Positions 17,938-27,938 of a stretch of DNA of 64,000 nt are shown here, piece by piece. Source of the DNA: Spirochaetota bacterium. GTDB lineage: Bacteria > Spirochaetota > UBA4802 > UBA5550. Under the pieces are notes generated by a model. That model was not told the DNA's origin, did not search any database, and saw nothing but the letters and a program-made list of their open reading frames with translations. Where the stretch lies: contig DAONFG010000007.1 in NCBI GenBank assembly GCA_035403465.1, positions 24,694-88,693 of the forward strand, written 5' to 3'. The position numbers were made by a program, and so were the translations under genes. Every line of letters begins with the position of its first letter. Positions within the stretch are counted from its first letter, which is position 1.

Positions 17938-19308
17938 ATGATTATATCCGATGCATCAGGGTGCCCGATGAATATATGTCTCGTAAATCCGCCGATTGAG
18001 GATTTTTATACTACCGGTATACGGCGGCAGCCGCTGGGTCTGCTGTACATTGCATCTGCGCTTAAGAGTGCGGGTTACACTACATCGCTCCTTAATTGCC
18101 ACACAAAAAAACGAAGCGTAATGGAGATGCCTGCTGAATTCAGCTACCTGAAAGAATTCATGTATCCGCGGTCAGCCTGCAGCTTTCCATTTGCAAACTA
18201 TACACATTTCGGGATGAGCCGGCAGGAGATTGAAAAACGCATTAAAGAATCACGTGCCGACATCTACCTCGTGTCATCCATGTTCACAACATATTTTGAG
18301 GAGACTGTTCAGATCTTTGCTATCATAAAAAAACACCACCCCTGCGCGGTAATAGCGGCAGGTGGACACCACGCATCGCTACACCCCGTGCACCTGCTTG
18401 AAAACGGTGCTGATTTCGTTATATACGGAGAGGGAGAAGTCCCCTCTGTCATGCTTGCGAGGATGATTGAACATGGCGGATCCCCGGAAGCTGTCCCGAA
18501 CCTCTGCTGGATGGAGCAGGGCACGGTGAAAACATCGAACACAAAAATCATACCGGACATCAGCACATTGAATATCCCCGACAGGAGGCTGCTCAGTCCT
18601 GCTTCAATGTGGGGCCATGGGAAAATCTTTACGACTATGATTGCATCACGGGGATGCCCGAACAGGTGCGGTTTCTGCACCTCTCGCATAGTATGGGGCA
18701 ACAGCTACAGGAAACGTGAGTGTGGAGAGATCATATCCGAGATAAACTCCTGCGTCCTGGATTACGGCGCCCGGATAATAAACTTTGAAGACGACAACCT
18801 CTTTCCTTCGCGTGAACGTGCCGTTGCCCTGCTTGGCGCACTCATTAATGAACGTGATAAACATCCCTTCTACCCTGAATTTACAGCGATGAACGGCATC
18901 TCGATCGAAAAGCTTGACGAAGAGATTATACTTTTAATGAAACGGGCAGGCTTCAGGGAACTGGACATTTCACTTGTCAGCCGGTCGCCGGAGGTACAGA
19001 GAAAAGAGAGCAGGCCATTCAGCTCTGACCAGTTTATGAGAATTGCGCAGTACGCCCTTTCCTGTGGCTTCAATGTACGCGGTTACTTTATCCTGGGGCT
19101 CCCGGGTCAGTCAGTGGCAGAAGCCGATGATACAATAAGTTTCATGAAAAAATCTGGAATTTCAGTCTATCCTTCAGTATATTACAATGTATTCGCTCCG
19201 CAGACTGAATGGAAAATACAGAGGTCCTCGGCTTTTTTTAATGAAAGGGATGATTTCCCCAGGCATGATCTTGTAAGGTGTTTCAACAGGTGCAGAGCGG
19301 AATTTTAA
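17938..19308 (+). CDS. B12-binding domain-containing radical SAM protein
   Basis: N-terminal MNICLVNPP...GLLYIASAL (cobalamin-binding Rossmann-like) and the radical SAM cluster motif ASRGCPNRCGFCTS (CxxxCxxC). An alternative start lies at 17968. Confidence 0.8.
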   Translation: MIISDASGCPMNICLVNPPIEDFYTTGIRRQPLGLLYIASALKSAGYTTSLLNCHTKKRSVMEMPAEFSYLKEFMYPRSACSFPFANYTHFGMSRQEIEKRIKESRADIYLVSSMFTTYFEETVQIFAIIKKHHPCAVIAAGGHHASLHPVHLLENGADFVIYGEGEVPSVMLARMIEHGGSPEAVPNLCWMEQGTVKTSNTKIIPDISTLNIPDRRLLSPASMWGHGKIFTTMIASRGCPNRCGFCTSRIVWGNSYRKRECGEIISEINSCVLDYGARIINFEDDNLFPSRERAVALLGALINERDKHPFYPEFTAMNGISIEKLDEEIILLMKRAGFRELDISLVSRSPEVQRKESRPFSSDQFMRIAQYALSCGFNVRGYFILGLPGQSVAEADDTISFMKKSGISVYPSVYYNVFAPQTEWKIQRSSAFFNERDDFPRHDLVRCFNRCRAEF

Positions 19309-19370
19309 AAAGCTATTGATTTTTATACTATATAAATTATCATAATGTAACTAATTCCGGCAGGTCCATA

Positions 19371-20153
19371 TTGTTGCAGAATAATCATAAAAAAGAATTC
19401 TCCAGGCTTAGAAAAAAACTCATACTCTATTTTATACTCATCTCGGTGGTTTCCATTTCGGTCAGTGCCGAGATAATTTTTGAGTTCAGCTCAGGGAGAC
19501 TTAAAAATGAAATCAGGGAGAACCTCATAGTCTCTCTCAGCAGTTCGGTTTCGCCGGCCATTGTGCAGAAGGTCGGAGTAGAGAACCTTGACTCCGCAGT
19601 AAGCAGGCCGCTTACAACCCTCCGGAACAGGATGATCCTGCTGCTCCTGGTCATATTCTCCTGTATTGTCGGCGCTTTTATCCTTTTTACACGCGACATT
19701 GTTTCACCGATGGACGGGATTGTAGAAGCAACGAAAAAGATTGCCGATGGAGACCTGACTGTTCTGGTGCCTGTCATGAGCGACGATGAGATCGGCCAGA
19801 TCGCAAAACTTATAAACGACATGAACGTTAACTTACAGGATATGGTTATGCAGATCAGGGGCGAGATCGGCAGGCACAAGAAAAAAATCCGCGAAGCCAC
19901 GGACAAGATAATTTTCATGGGGCATGTGGAATCGGCAGTAGAGATAATAGACAACAAACTGATGAAGCTTTCTGATTTTAAAAAAATGATACGCCTCAGC
20001 GGCGATGTTGTGAAAATTCTTGAACTTATGCTTGAAGACCTTTCCGCTCTTGAAACATTTGTTCGCATGTACAAGACTTACGCGATTCATCCTGAAATAG
20101 AACAAAAAGAGATCGACAATGTCATGAATGAATATTTCGAGGATGATGAATAG
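19371..20153 (+). CDS. Membrane protein with two TM helices and a HAMP domain, no recognizable output domain
   Basis: TM1 LILYFILISVVSISVSAEIIF and TM2 MILLLLVIFSCIVGAFILF, followed by HAMP (IVSPMDGIVEATKKIADGDLTVLVPVMSDDEIGQIAKLINDMNVNLQ) and a ~95-aa helical acidic tail. The only available start is TTG (no in-frame ATG before TM1). Confidence 0.7.
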   Translation: MLQNNHKKEFSRLRKKLILYFILISVVSISVSAEIIFEFSSGRLKNEIRENLIVSLSSSVSPAIVQKVGVENLDSAVSRPLTTLRNRMILLLLVIFSCIVGAFILFTRDIVSPMDGIVEATKKIADGDLTVLVPVMSDDEIGQIAKLINDMNVNLQDMVMQIRGEIGRHKKKIREATDKIIFMGHVESAVEIIDNKLMKLSDFKKMIRLSGDVVKILELMLEDLSALETFVRMYKTYAIHPEIEQKEIDNVMNEYFEDDE

Positions 20154-20161
20154 GAGACCCC

Positions 20162-20938
20162 ATGAGTTTTGAATACTGGTACATGTTTCCTGTTGCAGTG
20201 ACCATAGCAGTGCTGGCCAACTCCTCCGGTTTTTCCGGCGGGGTCCTGTTTCAGCCCATATTCAACCTTGTCCTGAACCTGCCCATACAGACATCTGTTG
20301 CAACTGGAATAGCAACAGAAACCGTCGGTATGACAAGCGGCGCAATAAGGTATATCTACTACAACATGGTTGAACTCTCACTTGGATTCACTATGCTCAT
20401 GCTTGCAATACCCGGGATTGTAATCGGCAACCACGCGCTGATTGTGATTAATGGCGACCTGCTCAAATTCATACTGGGTTTTATAATTATTTTTGTGGCC
20501 TCAATGCAGTTTGTCAACGCTGTCCGCAAATCATACGGCAAACGGGACCATGTACCGGTTGAAGACATATACCCCCTTATGTGGGTCCCCCCTATTGCGG
20601 GTTTTTTTTCCGCATCAACAGGGACCGGTGTATGCGAACTGTCGCAGCCGCTTCTTGAAAAGGGACTTAACCTGAAAACAAAGAGGGCAAACGCCACAGC
20701 AATCCTTGTCGAAGCATCGGCTGACTGGGTCATTACCATCCTGAACCTCCAGGCCGGGATGATAATGTGGAAACTGTGGATCTTCACCGGTGCAGGTGTT
20801 ATCATCGGCGGACAGATAGGCCCGTATATCTCGCGTTTTCTTCCCGACAGGCTGATCAAGATTATCTTTTCACTCGCTGTTATTATCATCGGTTCATTCT
20901 ATTTATATAAAGGTTTTATCTGGTTAAAAAACATGTAA
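20162..20938 (+). CDS. TauE/SafE family (DUF81) anion exporter-like membrane protein
   Basis: 8 TM helices. The N-terminal VAVTIAVLANSSGFSGGVLFQPIF and the repeated half are typical of sulfite/sulfonate exporter TauE/SafE. It starts 8 bp after the HAMP gene. Confidence 0.75.
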   Translation: MSFEYWYMFPVAVTIAVLANSSGFSGGVLFQPIFNLVLNLPIQTSVATGIATETVGMTSGAIRYIYYNMVELSLGFTMLMLAIPGIVIGNHALIVINGDLLKFILGFIIIFVASMQFVNAVRKSYGKRDHVPVEDIYPLMWVPPIAGFFSASTGTGVCELSQPLLEKGLNLKTKRANATAILVEASADWVITILNLQAGMIMWKLWIFTGAGVIIGGQIGPYISRFLPDRLIKIIFSLAVIIIGSFYLYKGFIWLKNM

Positions 20939-20953
20939 CTGCGGCGGAGGGGC

Positions 20954-22642
20954 ATGGGAATTTTAGCTTTTCTTGAGAGTCCTGGCGGAATCACGGTTCT
21001 CCACTCGCTGCAGGCAGTTCTCTTTTCGATCATGGTCTACATACTTGCTGCGGAATACCGGCGTACAAGAGACTCATCGCTTGTATATAAACTCCTGGCG
21101 TCGTGCAGCATAACACTGATTAGCGCCGGCACAGCTGTCATAAGCATATTGTCGGTGTTATATGGAATAGCAGCAGGAGAAAAATATTTTCCGCTGTTGT
21201 TCAACGCGCTCTTTGCACTCAATGTACTCTTCCTCGCGCGGGCGTTCACATACGATCATGTTTCTAACAGGCGGCGTTTTTCGCTGATTATAAATTCAGG
21301 GATGGTGCTCGCCGTAGTGGTTTATGTTCTGGCGCAGATCTACTGGATCAGGGTGTACAGTCCGGGCATGCTGTTTATCAGGTCAGGTGCACAGATACTC
21401 TTTTCGTCTTTTTTTATTATCACGCTCTCATTCTCGATCTATTTCATGGCACGGTTCAGAAAAAAGTACAAGTTCAGGCTGATCACCGGATTCTTTTCTA
21501 TTGCAGTGGTCCAGGTTATCGTTGTTTATATTGCTGCAAACGATACTGTTCCTCCAATGCTCGGGGTTATCCGGGCTGCGGCGCCCATACTTGTGCCATT
21601 GATGTTTACAAGCGTCGTGTTCAAGGAGCTGATCGAACGTGTTGTATCCCTGGTCGACAGCATACGCCTCACCTTTGAGCAGCAGCGGGAACTCACAAGT
21701 GAACTCATCAGGATCGGCAGCGACCTCTCATCCATGTCCGATACACTTGTTAAAAGCGCCATGGACGGCTGGAGTAAACTTTCGCTCGTCGTGGAACTCA
21801 TAAGAAAGCAGATAGAAGACAGCGACAACCTTATAGGCATTTCATCCAATGCACGCGGTTATTTTTCAGGATTTGACCCGGAACTCCTTAACTCGCTTCT
21901 TAACAAACTAAAAGCGGCCATGCTTGAACAGCCGCTTTCAACAGCTTCAAGGGATGAAGATCTCCACGGGAAACTTGCAGATAAACTGAACGGCAGCATT
22001 GAACTGGTTCAGCGCATGTACGGACATGCAGTAAGACTTCAACAGATGATCCCGGCCATCAGCAGCTTCGTTGACGAAATAGATGATATATCGGACAGGA
22101 CCAGTATGCTTGCGCTCAACGCATCGATTGAGGCCGCGCGCGCAGGTGAGCACGGCTGGGGCTTCGCAATTGTTGCAGATGAGGTGAGCAGGCTTTCCGA
22201 AAGTTCGATCGAGGGCGCAAAAAAATTCAGGGGCGAGATACGTTCACTGGCAGGGTATCTAACATTGTCGATTGAAAGCGCTTATTCGCTCCGCGAAAGT
22301 ATCCAGGGTACGGCAGCATCAATCCCCATACTTTTAAATAAAGAAATGCAGCCTGCAGACCGGGAACCGCTGCTTATGACCCTGGACGAGATTAAAAACC
22401 TGATTGCCAGGTACAGCGGAATTATTTCAGGAATATTCCGGGAGGCTGAATTCATATCACTTATAACCGGAAAAAATGTGGAACACTCAAATGAAATGAA
22501 AACCAAGATAAGCGAGCACATACGCAACCTTGAATCAATAGCCGGGATAAGCGACCAGATAAACGAACTCATTGCAAACCTGAACGGCAAGATAAACGGC
22601 CTTATACAGAATTCCGCAGAGCTTGAGAAGCTGCTCAAATAG
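20954..22642 (+). CDS. Polytopic membrane protein with C-terminal methyl-accepting chemotaxis protein (MCP) signalling domain, no HAMP
   Basis: About 7 TM helices in aa 1-225. Highly conserved MCP hairpin tip [38 protein letters not shown] at aa 381-418 (nt ~22094-22207), flanked by coiled coil. Confidence 0.8.
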   Translation: MGILAFLESPGGITVLHSLQAVLFSIMVYILAAEYRRTRDSSLVYKLLASCSITLISAGTAVISILSVLYGIAAGEKYFPLLFNALFALNVLFLARAFTYDHVSNRRRFSLIINSGMVLAVVVYVLAQIYWIRVYSPGMLFIRSGAQILFSSFFIITLSFSIYFMARFRKKYKFRLITGFFSIAVVQVIVVYIAANDTVPPMLGVIRAAAPILVPLMFTSVVFKELIERVVSLVDSIRLTFEQQRELTSELIRIGSDLSSMSDTLVKSAMDGWSKLSLVVELIRKQIEDSDNLIGISSNARGYFSGFDPELLNSLLNKLKAAMLEQPLSTASRDEDLHGKLADKLNGSIELVQRMYGHAVRLQQMIPAISSFVDEIDDISDRTSMLALNASIEAARAGEHGWGFAIVADEVSRLSESSIEGAKKFRGEIRSLAGYLTLSIESAYSLRESIQGTAASIPILLNKEMQPADREPLLMTLDEIKNLIARYSGIISGIFREAEFISLITGKNVEHSNEMKTKISEHIRNLESIAGISDQINELIANLNGKINGLIQNSAELEKLLK

Positions 22643-23002
22643 GCTGCACCTGAAATAAAAATATTTATTGTAATCCGGGTGAATTGCTGATAATTGCCGG
22701 GGTCAGAGCCTATCCTGAGACAGACAATTCAGCTTAACAAACAGTTCGGGTCCCCTGAAACACCGGATGGTTAGTGGAGATGCCGGCATTGACTTTAAGT
22801 TCCGGCAGGCCCGCAATAATCATTATCTATTTTTGTTTAATATTTTTCTCCTGTTAGTGTTAGTACTTTATTATATTTCCGGTATGTTTTTATCACCGGA
22901 TAAATGTATCCCACTGACTTTTACTGCACACTGATTGGCGTTTTTTTGTCGCGATCTGATCGGGCATAATGAGCTGAATCTAAACTATAAATGCGCACCT
23001 GT

Positions 23003-23551
23003 TTACATTGACTGCTGAATCATATATGCAACTTCTGCATTCCCGCGCTCAAGGGCAATTTCATTCGCTGTTTTACCATCCCTGCTCAACACACTGACAT
23101 CAGCTTTATTATCAAGAAGGGATTTTGCTGCACGCACATACCCATGATGAGCGCATCCGTGCAGCGGTGTATATCCGGTTTCAGGACTGAGCTCATTAAT
23201 CCCCTCTCCGCTTGCCAGCAATCCCCCCATAAGCTGAAGCCATGTGCTTTCAGCTATATTTTTTTCTTCTATAGCCATGTTAATTTCAGCAATGCGGTTC
23301 TCATCGCCTATCCTGGCTAAAGCGATCTTTTTGACATTATCAGCCATTAATCTTTCTTCTACAGTTAAAGACAGAGAAATTGATCTCCTGATAAGATCTA
23401 CTGCTTCTTCAACCCGCCCCAGATTAATCAAGGCAAACGACTTTCCCATCCGGGAGTTAAAATGTAGAAAATCGCGCGTGAGCGCCTCATCCAGAAATAA
23501 AAGTGCTTTTTCAGTCTGTCCTGCCTGCATGGCAAGCGCACCCTTTGTCAT
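23003..23551 (-). CDS. TPR-like plus ankyrin-repeat protein (182 aa)
   Basis: The N-terminus has TPR-like helices (ALLFLDEALTRD...GRVEEAVDLIRRS). The C-terminus has ankyrin repeats (GYTPLHGCAHHGYVRAAKSLLDNKADVSVLSRDGKTANEIALERGNAEVAYMI). Confidence 0.7.
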   Translation of the reverse strand: MTKGALAMQAGQTEKALLFLDEALTRDFLHFNSRMGKSFALINLGRVEEAVDLIRRSISLSLTVEERLMADNVKKIALARIGDENRIAEINMAIEEKNIAESTWLQLMGGLLASGEGINELSPETGYTPLHGCAHHGYVRAAKSLLDNKADVSVLSRDGKTANEIALERGNAEVAYMIQQSM

Positions 23552-23645
23552 TATCCGGTTTGTTTTTCATCGATAAAAAAACTTTGCTTTTTCATTAAGC
23601 CTCTTTATATATAGTTTGATATATTATAATCCCTGTATTAAACAA

Positions 23646-23667
23646 GGCTAACTTATAAAGGTTAGCC
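23646..23667 (-). terminator. Rho-independent terminator after the 92-aa ORF
   Basis: ggctaac-ttataaag-gttagcc, 20 nt past the stop at 23687, followed by TTGTTTAAT on the minus strand. Confidence 0.55.
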
Positions 23668-23686
23668 ATTTACCTTCCTGCATTTT

Positions 23687-23965
23687 TTAAAACAGGACAA
23701 TTATTTCATACTGACCGCGCTGACCTAAAAACTGGTAGGATACTTTTTCCGGGACTTGCCATCCATTACTTTTCGCAGTTTCTTTAAAGATATTTATAAC
23801 GTCCAGTTCACCTGGTCTTTCATTAATTGTCTGACAAGAAATAGGTGAATAAAAAAACTCAAACCCGATTATTCTCTCATTGATAAGCATTTGAACGGCT
23901 TCTTTACCCATATCCTGCGGCGGTTTAAAACCTTCAATTCCTAAAACAACTATTCCTCTCTCCAT
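23687..23965 (-). CDS. Hypothetical protein (92 aa), no recognizable motif
   Basis: Intact ORF with its own terminator. No signal peptide and no motif I recognise. Confidence 0.5.
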   Translation of the reverse strand: MERGIVVLGIEGFKPPQDMGKEAVQMLINERIIGFEFFYSPISCQTINERPGELDVINIFKETAKSNGWQVPEKVSYQFLGQRGQYEIIVLF

Positions 23966-24047
23966 GGAATTACTCCTTAAAAAATGTTTGCTGATATTAA
24001 ACTTTACTCCAAGAAGTTTAATAAAAGTGCACTTGATGGTTTTATCA

Positions 24048-24419
24048 TTAAGGCATCCAATGGCCTATACCTCTGAAAAAATTGTTTAACATTCCTGAAT
24101 ATTCCATATTTTTTTGTGATGCAATTTCAATAGCCTTTCTCATGGTTGATTCCTCTCCTAATTCATACAGTGCTTTCCCGATTTTCTGGATTGCTTCCCA
24201 TTGTGGATAATCTTTAATCAAGGGCCACTTGTTTTGACTCCCCCATGAATAGGCCTCATCCATTTTTTCCGTTAATTGTTCTGCAAGTGAATAAACAGTA
24301 ACCGGCATATCATATTCCTCCATAATTTCCAATTTACACAGCATCCAATCCGACCAATCCCCGGAAGACAATGACCCGGGGAGGGACATACTATTTTTAA
24401 CAGCAGTGGCTAAAATCAA
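24048..24419 (-). CDS. Hypothetical protein (up to 123 aa; start uncertain, in-frame ATGs at 24389, 24344 and 24323)
   Basis: Intact ORF. The track start is TTG. Helical, Trp-rich (WGSQNKWPLIKDYPQWEAIQKIGKALYELG), with no recognised family. Confidence 0.5.
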   Translation of the reverse strand: MILATAVKNSMSLPGSLSSGDWSDWMLCKLEIMEEYDMPVTVYSLAEQLTEKMDEAYSWGSQNKWPLIKDYPQWEAIQKIGKALYELGEESTMRKAIEIASQKNMEYSGMLNNFFRGIGHWMP

Positions 24420-24485
24420 GCTATCTTATTAAACATTAAACACTAATTCAAAGCAAGACATCCGGCGGGGAGGCGGAAAATGGCC

Positions 24486-24530
24486 ATAAAAAAATATGGA
24501 CATCCCGGCAAATTCCCGGAATGTCCATAT
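24486..24530 (-). terminator. Rho-independent terminator of the hybrid kinase gene (copy A of a repeated terminator element)
   Basis: Minus strand ATATGGACATTCCGG-gaatttg-CCGGGATGTCCATAT followed by TTTTTTT, 37 nt past the stop at 24567. About 84% identical to 31323-31371. Confidence 0.8.
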
Positions 24531-24566
24531 TCTACTATAGAAAAAATGTATTAATCAGGACTGTTA

Positions 24567-27545
24567 TTAATTTCTCATGCCTGCCAGTTCTCTGTATTCA
24601 ACCGGGCTGACTGATGTGTATTTTTTAAATACACGGTTGAATGTCCTGATATTGTCAAAACCTACATCAATGGAAATGCGGATAACCGTATTGTCGGTTT
24701 CCTCGAGCCTGCGCCTGGCCTCTGATATGCGGAGTTCATTTATATATTCGTTCAGGGTTTTGCCAGTGTACTGGTAAAACATTCTGCCGAAGGTGTCCGG
24801 GTTCATCCCCGTGCTCACGGCAAGGTCTTCGCGTGAAAGTTCCTGCGTGTAATTCTCCCTGATAAACGCGCAGGTTGCATCAAATACCGACGCATGATCA
24901 CTTGTCAGTTTCTTTTTGTGGACCGATTTAAGTTTCTCCATAAGGCTGTTATAGTTTCTCACTGCGGCGTTGCGCAGTCTCCCGAGCTCAACCTGGTTCC
25001 TTATGCGCAGAAGGAGTTCAGCCGAACTGAAAGGCTTTGTGATATAATCTGTAGCGCCGAGATCAAGGCCCTCCATTTTCATGAAATTGTCGGCCCGCGC
25101 AGTGAGGAATATGACGGGCATGTCCATGAACCTTTCGTTATCACGTATTCGATGGAGCAGTTCATAGCCGTCCATTCCAGGCATCATTATATCCGACAGC
25201 ACCAGGTCGATCTCCCCGGCTGATTCCATGATCTTCAGCGCTTCATTGCCGTCCGATGCGGCATACACGCTGTATTTTTCATGAAGCATTTTCACAAGCA
25301 TATTACGCAGATCAGCATTGTCCTCAACAACGAGTATTGATGGCCCGTCATCTACTTTAAAGCCGGGTACAGTATTCTCCAAAGTCTTACGTACCGGGTC
25401 CATGCCCCGGACATGGTGTATTCCGGCCCCATGCTCTCCGCTGTTGTCCGTAAATTTTACGTCTTCCCTGCCGGCGAAGTGGTTCATCCCCGGCCTGAAC
25501 TTTACGGTAAAATGAGTCCCGTGGTTATCCGGATATTCCTCTGAATACCTGCTTGTCACAGATACCTCTCCGCCGTGAAGCTCCACGAGTTCCTTTACAA
25601 TTGAGAGCCCGATACCGGTTCCCTCGTAATGCCGGGTTGGACCAGTGTCTGCCTGGGTGAAACGGTCAAAAATCGAAGCTACTTTATCACCAGGTATGCC
25701 GCATCCTGTGTCGCTGAATTTAATTACAGGCCGGCCTTCTTCATTGTTAACACATACATTTATGTTTCCGCCCGCTGACGTGAATTTAAAGGAATTTGAA
25801 AAGAAGTTTGATATGACATGCTGTATCCTCTCCCTGTCAACGAAAGCTTTTGCAGGCCCGGCGCATGTGTACTCAAGTTTTATCCCCCTGAGTTTTGCCG
25901 CTGATTCCATCTGGCCGCAGAATTCTTTTACCAGTACCGACAGGTCATTTTCGGATATATTGAGTTTCATTTTACCCGCTGTTATACGCGATACGTCAAG
26001 AAGGTCGTTTATGAGGGAGAGTAGGTTAAGGCTGTTCCGTTTTATCAACTTCAGCGACTCCCTGTCCATATTGCCGCCCGCAAGCGCATCCTCCACAGGG
26101 GCAAGTATGAGCGTAAGGGGTGTGCGCAGTTCGTGGGATATGTTGGAAAAGAAATCGGTTTTTACGCGGTCAAGTTCACGGAGCTTTTCATTTGCGGCTG
26201 CAAGTTCAGTTGTACGCTCCGATACTTTAAGTTCGAGCGTTTCAGTTGCCTCTTTCTGTATGCGCAGCGCTTTATGCTGCGCCTCATCCTTCTCCTGCTT
26301 CATGATGTTTATACGGTAGGCAAGGGCAAAGGAGAGAAGTACAGTTTCGAGCACTGTTGCAAGTGAAAAATAATTATTAGTAAAACCGTTTGATTTAATA
26401 AAACCATAATTCTTTAATATTACAATTACTGATCCAGACAGCAGAAGCGTCCATGAAATAAAAAGTATTTTCGCTGGTCTGCTGATAATTGATCGTATTG
26501 CTGACGATATGATAATTAATATGGAACCAGAAATAACTAAAGCATTCTGGATAACAACAGAAATAAGCCCGTAACCGGCAAACGGCGGTATAAGATTCAG
26601 AATAGAAATGATAATAATAAGTATAAACAATTTATTAATTAAGGGCTGGTTTTTCTTAGTATTTAAAAAATTCATTACAAAAAGTACGGCGGTTATACAG
26701 GCAATGGTTTCTGAAAGAGGAAAGCCTATTCTGGTAATATCCGGGTATGTCATCCTTAAAAGTTCAGCCCCTGCCCCGCTGTATAAAAGATTATAACCCA
26801 GCATAGAGAATATATATAAGCTGTAGTAAAGATAACTTCTGTCCCTTATGGATATATACAAAAACAGGTTGTATAAAATCATAACTATCAGGATGCCCAC
26901 AAATCCGCCCATGATATAGATCTCATTTTTTTCCTGCTTCTGATATTCCTCAATCACCCATATTTTAAGAGGGAGCTGGATACAGTAATCAGACTTCACC
27001 CGGATATAGACGGACTGGTCTTTATTAAAAAACGGAATATCGAAGAGAAAGCTGCGGCTTACATTTTCTTGTGACATGACGGGTATATTGTACCCTTTTG
27101 TTATCTCGAAGAAAGAATTGTTTTTATCAAGGTAATATAGTTTGACTGTGTCAATCAGGTGCCACGACAGTTCCAGCCTGTACCTGTCAATGCTCCCTGA
27201 ATTTTTTAATGACATACGGAACCAATATGCTGATTTAGTGAAACCCAGATTGGGAATATCCCATTCACTCCGGACCCACCTGTTCTGCAATTCAGGTTTT
27301 ATCACGTCATCAATGGTGAGGCTGGCGTCCGGGTCCTCAAGGATCTCCATGTAACGTCCCAGGTTTACTGATTCAGTACTGTCATCAATAATTACAGGCG
27401 TAACCCCACCGAGTTTTTTTACCGGTATAAAAATCATGAAAAGTATTAAACATATAAGCAGACATGAGGAATGGGGGTGCATTTTATTTTTAAATGCCAT
27501 AAATATGCGTGATCGTATCCGTAAAATAAAGGCGTTATCTGCCAC
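24567..27545 (-). CDS. Hybrid sensor: 7TMR-DISM extracellular and 7TM domains, HisKA, HATPase_c, receiver, AraC-type HTH
   Basis: 7 TM helices after a ~170-aa extracytoplasmic domain. FFSNISHELRTPLT (H-box), GTGIGLSIVKELVELHGG (G2), receiver ILVVEDNADL...LVLSDIMMPGMDG...K, and a C-terminal AraC HTH (NEYINELRISEARRRL...GFDNIRTFNRVFKKYTSVSPVEYR). Confidence 0.9.
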   Translation of the reverse strand: MADNAFILRIRSRIFMAFKNKMHPHSSCLLICLILFMIFIPVKKLGGVTPVIIDDSTESVNLGRYMEILEDPDASLTIDDVIKPELQNRWVRSEWDIPNLGFTKSAYWFRMSLKNSGSIDRYRLELSWHLIDTVKLYYLDKNNSFFEITKGYNIPVMSQENVSRSFLFDIPFFNKDQSVYIRVKSDYCIQLPLKIWVIEEYQKQEKNEIYIMGGFVGILIVMILYNLFLYISIRDRSYLYYSLYIFSMLGYNLLYSGAGAELLRMTYPDITRIGFPLSETIACITAVLFVMNFLNTKKNQPLINKLFILIIIISILNLIPPFAGYGLISVVIQNALVISGSILIIISSAIRSIISRPAKILFISWTLLLSGSVIVILKNYGFIKSNGFTNNYFSLATVLETVLLSFALAYRINIMKQEKDEAQHKALRIQKEATETLELKVSERTTELAAANEKLRELDRVKTDFFSNISHELRTPLTLILAPVEDALAGGNMDRESLKLIKRNSLNLLSLINDLLDVSRITAGKMKLNISENDLSVLVKEFCGQMESAAKLRGIKLEYTCAGPAKAFVDRERIQHVISNFFSNSFKFTSAGGNINVCVNNEEGRPVIKFSDTGCGIPGDKVASIFDRFTQADTGPTRHYEGTGIGLSIVKELVELHGGEVSVTSRYSEEYPDNHGTHFTVKFRPGMNHFAGREDVKFTDNSGEHGAGIHHVRGMDPVRKTLENTVPGFKVDDGPSILVVEDNADLRNMLVKMLHEKYSVYAASDGNEALKIMESAGEIDLVLSDIMMPGMDGYELLHRIRDNERFMDMPVIFLTARADNFMKMEGLDLGATDYITKPFSSAELLLRIRNQVELGRLRNAAVRNYNSLMEKLKSVHKKKLTSDHASVFDATCAFIRENYTQELSREDLAVSTGMNPDTFGRMFYQYTGKTLNEYINELRISEARRRLEETDNTVIRISIDVGFDNIRTFNRVFKKYTSVSPVEYRELAGMRN

Positions 27546-27889
27546 TTTAAAATCTACCTCCGTTTACAAATCAGCATGTACCAAAAATATCAGCCTTGCT
27601 GCGAAACAGCATATTACACTCGCGGGAAGCTTCTGCAGTGGTGTTTTGATATTTTACTATGTTGAATTAAATGCGGATTACAAATATATATCCGGGTTCC
27701 GGCGCAAAAGACTTATTTTTTGAAAGAGTAATCTGAAAAATCAGGTAAAAGTAAAGAATAAATTACAGGGTATGTTTAAATAACGGGGATTAAACTTAAA
27801 ATATGATTATTTTATGAACAGATTTATGGAAATATCCAATATCAGGTGTTTAGCGATATTAAAAAAGGATGAAGATATCCTGTATGCGT

Positions 27890-27925
27890 TTAAAAACCAT
27901 TGCCGGCGCAGAGTTGGCCGCGCCG
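27890..27925 (-). terminator. Rho-independent terminator after the 272-aa lipoprotein gene
   Basis: Minus strand CGGCGC-ggccaactct-GCGCCG, then gcaatggTTTTTaaa. It starts 14 nt past the stop at 27939. Confidence 0.6.
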
Positions 27926-27938
27926 ACACGTTTATATA

